Shown in pieces: positions 60,258-64,000 of a stretch of DNA of 64,000 nucleotides (the first letter of the stretch is position 1; each line of letters opens with the position of its first letter). A program made the position numbers and the translations under genes. The DNA lies in contig CAVXTP010000022.1 of NCBI GenBank assembly GCA_963764715.1, positions 576,001-640,000 of the forward strand, in the 5' to 3' direction. The DNA comes from an uncultured Acidobacteriota bacterium. GTDB taxonomy: Bacteria > Acidobacteriota > Thermoanaerobaculia > UBA5066 > Gp7-AA6. The notes beneath the pieces are model-generated. The model was not told the DNA's origin. It ran no database searches and saw only the letters and a list, made by a program, of their open reading frames with translations.

Positions 60258-60881
60258 CTACCCTTTGCCTGCCCGCTGCACGCGAACCTCTTCGAGCGCC
60301 TTGCGCGCGTCGCCCGCCGACGGGTCCCATCGCAGGGCCTCCTGGTAGGCCTTCTCGGCCTTCAGGAGCAGGCCTGCCTGGCGGAAGATCGCCCCCGCGT
60401 CCTTGAGCATCCCGCCATTGTGAGGCTCGATCGACAGGGCGGTCTCGATCGCCTTGACCGCCGCCCGCATGTCGCCGGCGCGGGCCGAAGCCAGCCCGAG
60501 GTAATGCTGGGCCTTCACGTCCCGGGGATTGCGGTGCACGGCGAGCTGGAAGTTGCCCGCCGCCTCCGCGAACTTGCGCTCCTTGTAGGCGGCGATGCCC
60601 TGGGAAACGTAGTTCTGCGACACGGCGTCGCCCCCGATCTCCGGCGCGCTTCGCGCGGCCGCGAGGTCGAAGTCGTAGGCTTTTCGTCTTTCGGGGCTCG
60701 TCAGCACGTTCACTGCCTCGGTCAGATCCTGAAACTTGGCTTCCGCCTCGGCCTTTCGCGCCGCCGGTGCCCGGTCCGGATGGGCCTCTCTCGCCAGCGA
60801 CCGAAACCGTTCCCGGATTTCGGCTTCACTGGCGTCCCTCGGTACACCGAGGAGCGCGTAATAATCAGCTTCTCGCGACAT
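60258..60881 (-). CDS. DnaJ-domain/TPR protein
   Basis: DYYALLGV, HPD, RKAYD, followed by three TPR-like repeats. Confidence 0.88.
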   Translation of the reverse strand: MSREADYYALLGVPRDASEAEIRERFRSLAREAHPDRAPAARKAEAEAKFQDLTEAVNVLTSPERRKAYDFDLAAARSAPEIGGDAVSQNYVSQGIAAYKERKFAEAAGNFQLAVHRNPRDVKAQHYLGLASARAGDMRAAVKAIETALSIEPHNGGMLKDAGAIFRQAGLLLKAEKAYQEALRWDPSAGDARKALEEVRVQRAGKG

Positions 60882-60990
60882 CGTGGGAGCCCTTCAAGCG
60901 CGCGACGGAAATTTTCAACGAAGGTTAACATACGGGAAAGACGGCCCCCCCGGCAAGCGCCGGCGGCCCGGCGCGCCTCGCCGATCCGCT

Positions 60991-62082
60991 TCACCCTCTC
61001 TTTTCGAACAGGATTTTTCGTGCCGCCAGCCGGATCCCCTCGGGGAGGTTGCGGTCCCGGCCGATGTTCCGCAGGTCGCGCATGCCGAGGAACTTGACCA
61101 GCGGAAGGGTGATCGAGAGAGGAACGGCGGGGTTCATGACGAGGGCGAGCTGAATGCGGGGCTTCTTGACCCACTCCCGCGTCGTCGCCACCTCGTGGAA
61201 GATCTCGGTGGCGAGGTGGCGCATCGAGCAGAACGTCTCGATTTCGGCCTGCGACAGCGACTCGCAGTTCAGGACGGCCATGCTCACGATCTTGTTGGCG
61301 TCGCCGATCAGGATCCGCCGCTCCTCCTTGTTGCCTTTCTGGGCGAGTTCGACCTTCTCCTTCACGGTCATCATGGAGATGCGCCTGTAGATGGCGCCCA
61401 GTCCCGCGTCCTCCTCCGGAGCGGGCTCCGCGGACTCCCCGGGCTCCGCCGCGCCGGCGACGGGCTCCTCCTCCGCCTCGTCGAAGACGATTCCCTGCTC
61501 CTCCTGGCGTGCCCGGCGCTCTTCCTCCTCGCGCCGGCGTCGCTCCTGCTCGCGCCGGCGCTCCTCCTTTTCGAAGAACTCCTCGCGCATCTCGGCGAGC
61601 CGACGCCGGCCGTCCGCGGTCAGGCCCGGGTTGGCGAGGAGGGCGTCGATCAGCGCCGGCTGACGGATCAGCCGCACGTGGTTGACGATCAGCGCCTCCT
61701 GCGGGTCACCGCTGAGGGTCGCGGCGAGCCGGAGGAGAGTCGCGTCCGCGGTGTCCGGGTGGCGGACGATCTCCTCGAGGACGAACGGGTCATCGCTGAT
61801 GCGGCTGACGGTGTCGAGCTCGGTTTCCGTCGGATGCGACTCGTCGAGGAACCGGACGATGTCGTCCGGCGGGAGCGAAGCGAAGGTCTCGATCGCCGGG
61901 GCGCCGATGCCGGGGTCTTCGTCCGTCACGACTGCCAGCAGCGCGCGGAGTCGGTCGTCGCGCTCGAGCGGCAGCAGGCCGCGGGCGGCGAAGATCCGGA
62001 GGTCCCGGGGCGCGTCGGGCGAACGGACGAGGGAGACGAGGTCCTGGGGCTCGGCCGCGGGTGGGGGCTCGGGTTCGGCCAA
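60991..62082 (-). CDS. Helical-repeat (LRV/HEAT-like) conserved hypothetical protein
   Basis: KVELAQKGNKEERRILIGDANK, LALVMNPAVP; charged coiled-coil linker. Confidence 0.75.
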   Translation of the reverse strand: MAEPEPPPAAEPQDLVSLVRSPDAPRDLRIFAARGLLPLERDDRLRALLAVVTDEDPGIGAPAIETFASLPPDDIVRFLDESHPTETELDTVSRISDDPFVLEEIVRHPDTADATLLRLAATLSGDPQEALIVNHVRLIRQPALIDALLANPGLTADGRRRLAEMREEFFEKEERRREQERRRREEEERRARQEEQGIVFDEAEEEPVAGAAEPGESAEPAPEEDAGLGAIYRRISMMTVKEKVELAQKGNKEERRILIGDANKIVSMAVLNCESLSQAEIETFCSMRHLATEIFHEVATTREWVKKPRIQLALVMNPAVPLSITLPLVKFLGMRDLRNIGRDRNLPEGIRLAARKILFEKRG

Positions 62083-62097
62083 GCGGGAGCCGGAGAG

Positions 62098-62880
62098 CTA
62101 GCTCTGCAGCCGCGGGTCGGGCACGGGCCGATTCCGGACGACCTGGCCCGCCGCTCCGAGCGGCTCGAGAGCGCGGCCGTCGACCGTGACGCGGACGCCG
62201 CCGGCGTTGCCGAGCGTCAGCCGGAATCCCTCGCGCGCCTCGAACTCGCGCCGGGTGCCGCGGCGAATCAGGCCGGCGAAGACCGGCGTGCCGTCGGCGG
62301 ATACCTCGGTCCACGAGTCCTCGGAGAACTCGAGCGTCATCTTCACGCCCGACGACGTCGGAGCGGGCTCCGCGGGAGCCGGGGATTCGTCCTGGATCCG
62401 CGGCGCCGGACCCGGCGACACGGCCACGTTCTTGAAGCTGACGGGCGCGACGGTCCGCGCCGCCGTCACCGAGCTGGGCGTGCCGCGGCGCTCGGGGCGG
62501 GCGATCAATCCGAGGAGAAGCAGAATTCCCGTGACGCTGACGACGAGCGTGCCGGCGGCTCCGCGGCGCCCGCGGAAGAAGCGGGAGCGCCGGATGCCCT
62601 TCTTCGCTCCCGCGCCGTCGCGGGCCTTGTCCGGAGCGAGGTCCGCCCGATACGCGTTGACCATCTCCTCGGGGTCGAGACCGAGGTGGCGGGAGTAGGA
62701 CCGGATGAACCCGCGGGTGAAGACCGGCGCGGGAAGCTTCTTGACGTCGCTCGACTCGAGGGCCGTCAGGAGGCGGACCGAGATCTTGGTCGCCGAGGAG
62801 ATTTCCTCCAGGGAAACCTCGCGAATGAGCCTCTCCCGGCGGAGTTCTTCTCCGAACGTCAGGATTGGTGTCTCGCCCAT
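62098..62880 (-). CDS. rodZ: RodZ-like HTH / TM / DUF4115 protein
   Basis: FGEELRRER..SLEEIS..TKI, FTRGFIRSYS..LGLD, TM helix, DSWTEV, LGNAGGV. Confidence 0.8.
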   Translation of the reverse strand: MGETPILTFGEELRRERLIREVSLEEISSATKISVRLLTALESSDVKKLPAPVFTRGFIRSYSRHLGLDPEEMVNAYRADLAPDKARDGAGAKKGIRRSRFFRGRRGAAGTLVVSVTGILLLLGLIARPERRGTPSSVTAARTVAPVSFKNVAVSPGPAPRIQDESPAPAEPAPTSSGVKMTLEFSEDSWTEVSADGTPVFAGLIRRGTRREFEAREGFRLTLGNAGGVRVTVDGRALEPLGAAGQVVRNRPVPDPRLQS

Positions 62881-62911
62881 TCGCTTCTCTCCGGACTGTG
62901 GATCTTTGATG

Positions 62912-63568
62912 CTAGACCTGCGCGGCCCGCTCCGCAAGGACTCTTTCCGCGCAGGCCCGCAGGAGCCGGGACCGTCGCGGCGAATCACGAATTCCCCGAA
63001 GGTCGTCGAGGCTCGCCCGGGAAAGCAGGGTCAGCGCGAGCGCGTCCGGCAGGTTCGGGCTCCGGAGCACGGCGCTTCGAACCCCCGGACGGGCGCCCCA
63101 TCGGGGGTGCCGGACGATCAGATCGAGCGATTCGGCCCTCGCGGAGGGCTGCACGGCGGCCTGGATCACATCCGCCTCGATCGTGAAGCGATTGTCGAGG
63201 ACCGAGGCGAGAACCCTCGGGTCCGGATCCAGGCGCAGCAGGAGAAGCGAGCCGCGGCCGACGTTGCGGGCCAGGTCGACCCTCTCCGCGATCGCCATCT
63301 CGGGGACTCTTCGGAGGATGTCCTGGTCGGCGGCCCGCCGGATGGCGGGATGCACCCGGGCGTCGGCCGAGAGGTGAGCCAGGTCACGCCAGAAGAGGGT
63401 CGAGACGAGCGCGAGGGCCTGCGTGCGGGGCGTGCGGGGGTGGGCCGCCAGGGCCGTTCGCACCGCGTGATGTTTGCGGGCGGCCCGGTCCCCCAGGATG
63501 CTTTCGAGGATCTCCTGCGGAAGGTCGGGCCGGCGCAGGAGCTTCAGCCACTCCCCTTCGGTCCGCAT
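62912..63568 (-). CDS. Helical-repeat (LRV-like) hypothetical protein
   Basis: TGATG coupling to trpA stop; two internal repeats (ALAAHPRTP / AVLRSPNLP). Confidence 0.7.
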   Translation of the reverse strand: MRTEGEWLKLLRRPDLPQEILESILGDRAARKHHAVRTALAAHPRTPRTQALALVSTLFWRDLAHLSADARVHPAIRRAADQDILRRVPEMAIAERVDLARNVGRGSLLLLRLDPDPRVLASVLDNRFTIEADVIQAAVQPSARAESLDLIVRHPRWGARPGVRSAVLRSPNLPDALALTLLSRASLDDLRGIRDSPRRSRLLRACAERVLAERAAQV

Positions 63569-64000
63569 CAGCTCTTCCGGCGGCACGCCTGCGCCAGACG
63601 GCGCGCCAGTCCGCCCACGGCCGCGTCGCGGGCTCGTCCGGCCGCTTCGGCGGCGGCGACGAGGGCCGACCCGACGACCACGCCGTCGGCGAGGGCGGCG
63701 GCCCGAGCGGCCGATGCCGGCGTCGAGATTCCGAAGCCGATCGCGAGGGGAAGCCGGCCCGAAACGCGCCGCGCGCGGCGCACCGTGGCCGCGAGGTCCC
63801 GGGGCAGCTGCGCGCGCGCCCCCGTCGTGCCGCGGCGCGACACGACGTAGAGGAACCCGGTCGAGAGCCGGGCGGCCTCGCGCATCCGCTCGAGCGGCGA
63901 GGTCGGCGAGACGAGGAAGATCGTGTCGAGCCGCGCGCGGCGCAAGCCGGGGACGACCGTGCGGGCCTCCTCGGGCGGAACGTCCGTCAGGAGGACGCCG
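63568..64000 (-). CDS. trpA: Tryptophan synthase alpha chain (3' part)
   Basis: DVPPEE, IFLVSPTS, GFLYVVSRRGTTG, GFGIS, DGVVVGSALV. Confidence 0.95.
   Translation of the reverse strand, partial: GVLLTDVPPEEARTVVPGLRRARLDTIFLVSPTSPLERMREAARLSTGFLYVVSRRGTTGARAQLPRDLAATVRRARRVSGRLPLAIGFGISTPASAARAAALADGVVVGSALVAAAEAAGRARDAAVGGLARRLAQACRRKS

Overview
GC-rich bacterial chromosome segment, probably Acidobacteriota of the Thermoanaerobaculia type (inferred from gene content, not proven). Main contents: (1) an ~18 kb polyamine/GABA utilisation locus with two PatA-like aminotransferases, GabT, two aldehyde dehydrogenases, a PuuB-like FAD oxidase, a saccharopine-dehydrogenase-like enzyme, an APC permease, PotABCD and a TonB-dependent receptor; (2) housekeeping genes (mscL, der, rnr, ppa, pgi, rpiA, tRNA-Leu(CAG), gdh, dacB, rodZ, trpA); (3) a ketosynthase-less ACP/FabG/FabD/FabZ-like mini-cluster; (4) a complex I operon nuoAEFGHJKLMN that cleanly lacks nuoB/C/D/I; (5) a ~3.9 kb lower-GC islet (about 49.9-53.9 kb) with two tandem modules, each a sigma-region-2-only protein overlapping a paralogous TPR-like protein, preceded by a structured leader and followed by a candidate 37-aa peptide. 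The islet is the best candidate for an undescribed system. Many genes look leaderless, including a divergent pair sharing one symmetric -10. Four conserved genes carry net +1 frameshifts that are most likely sequencing errors. No CRISPR array, rRNA, integrase or transposase was seen. All calls come from reading motifs by eye; no database search was run.
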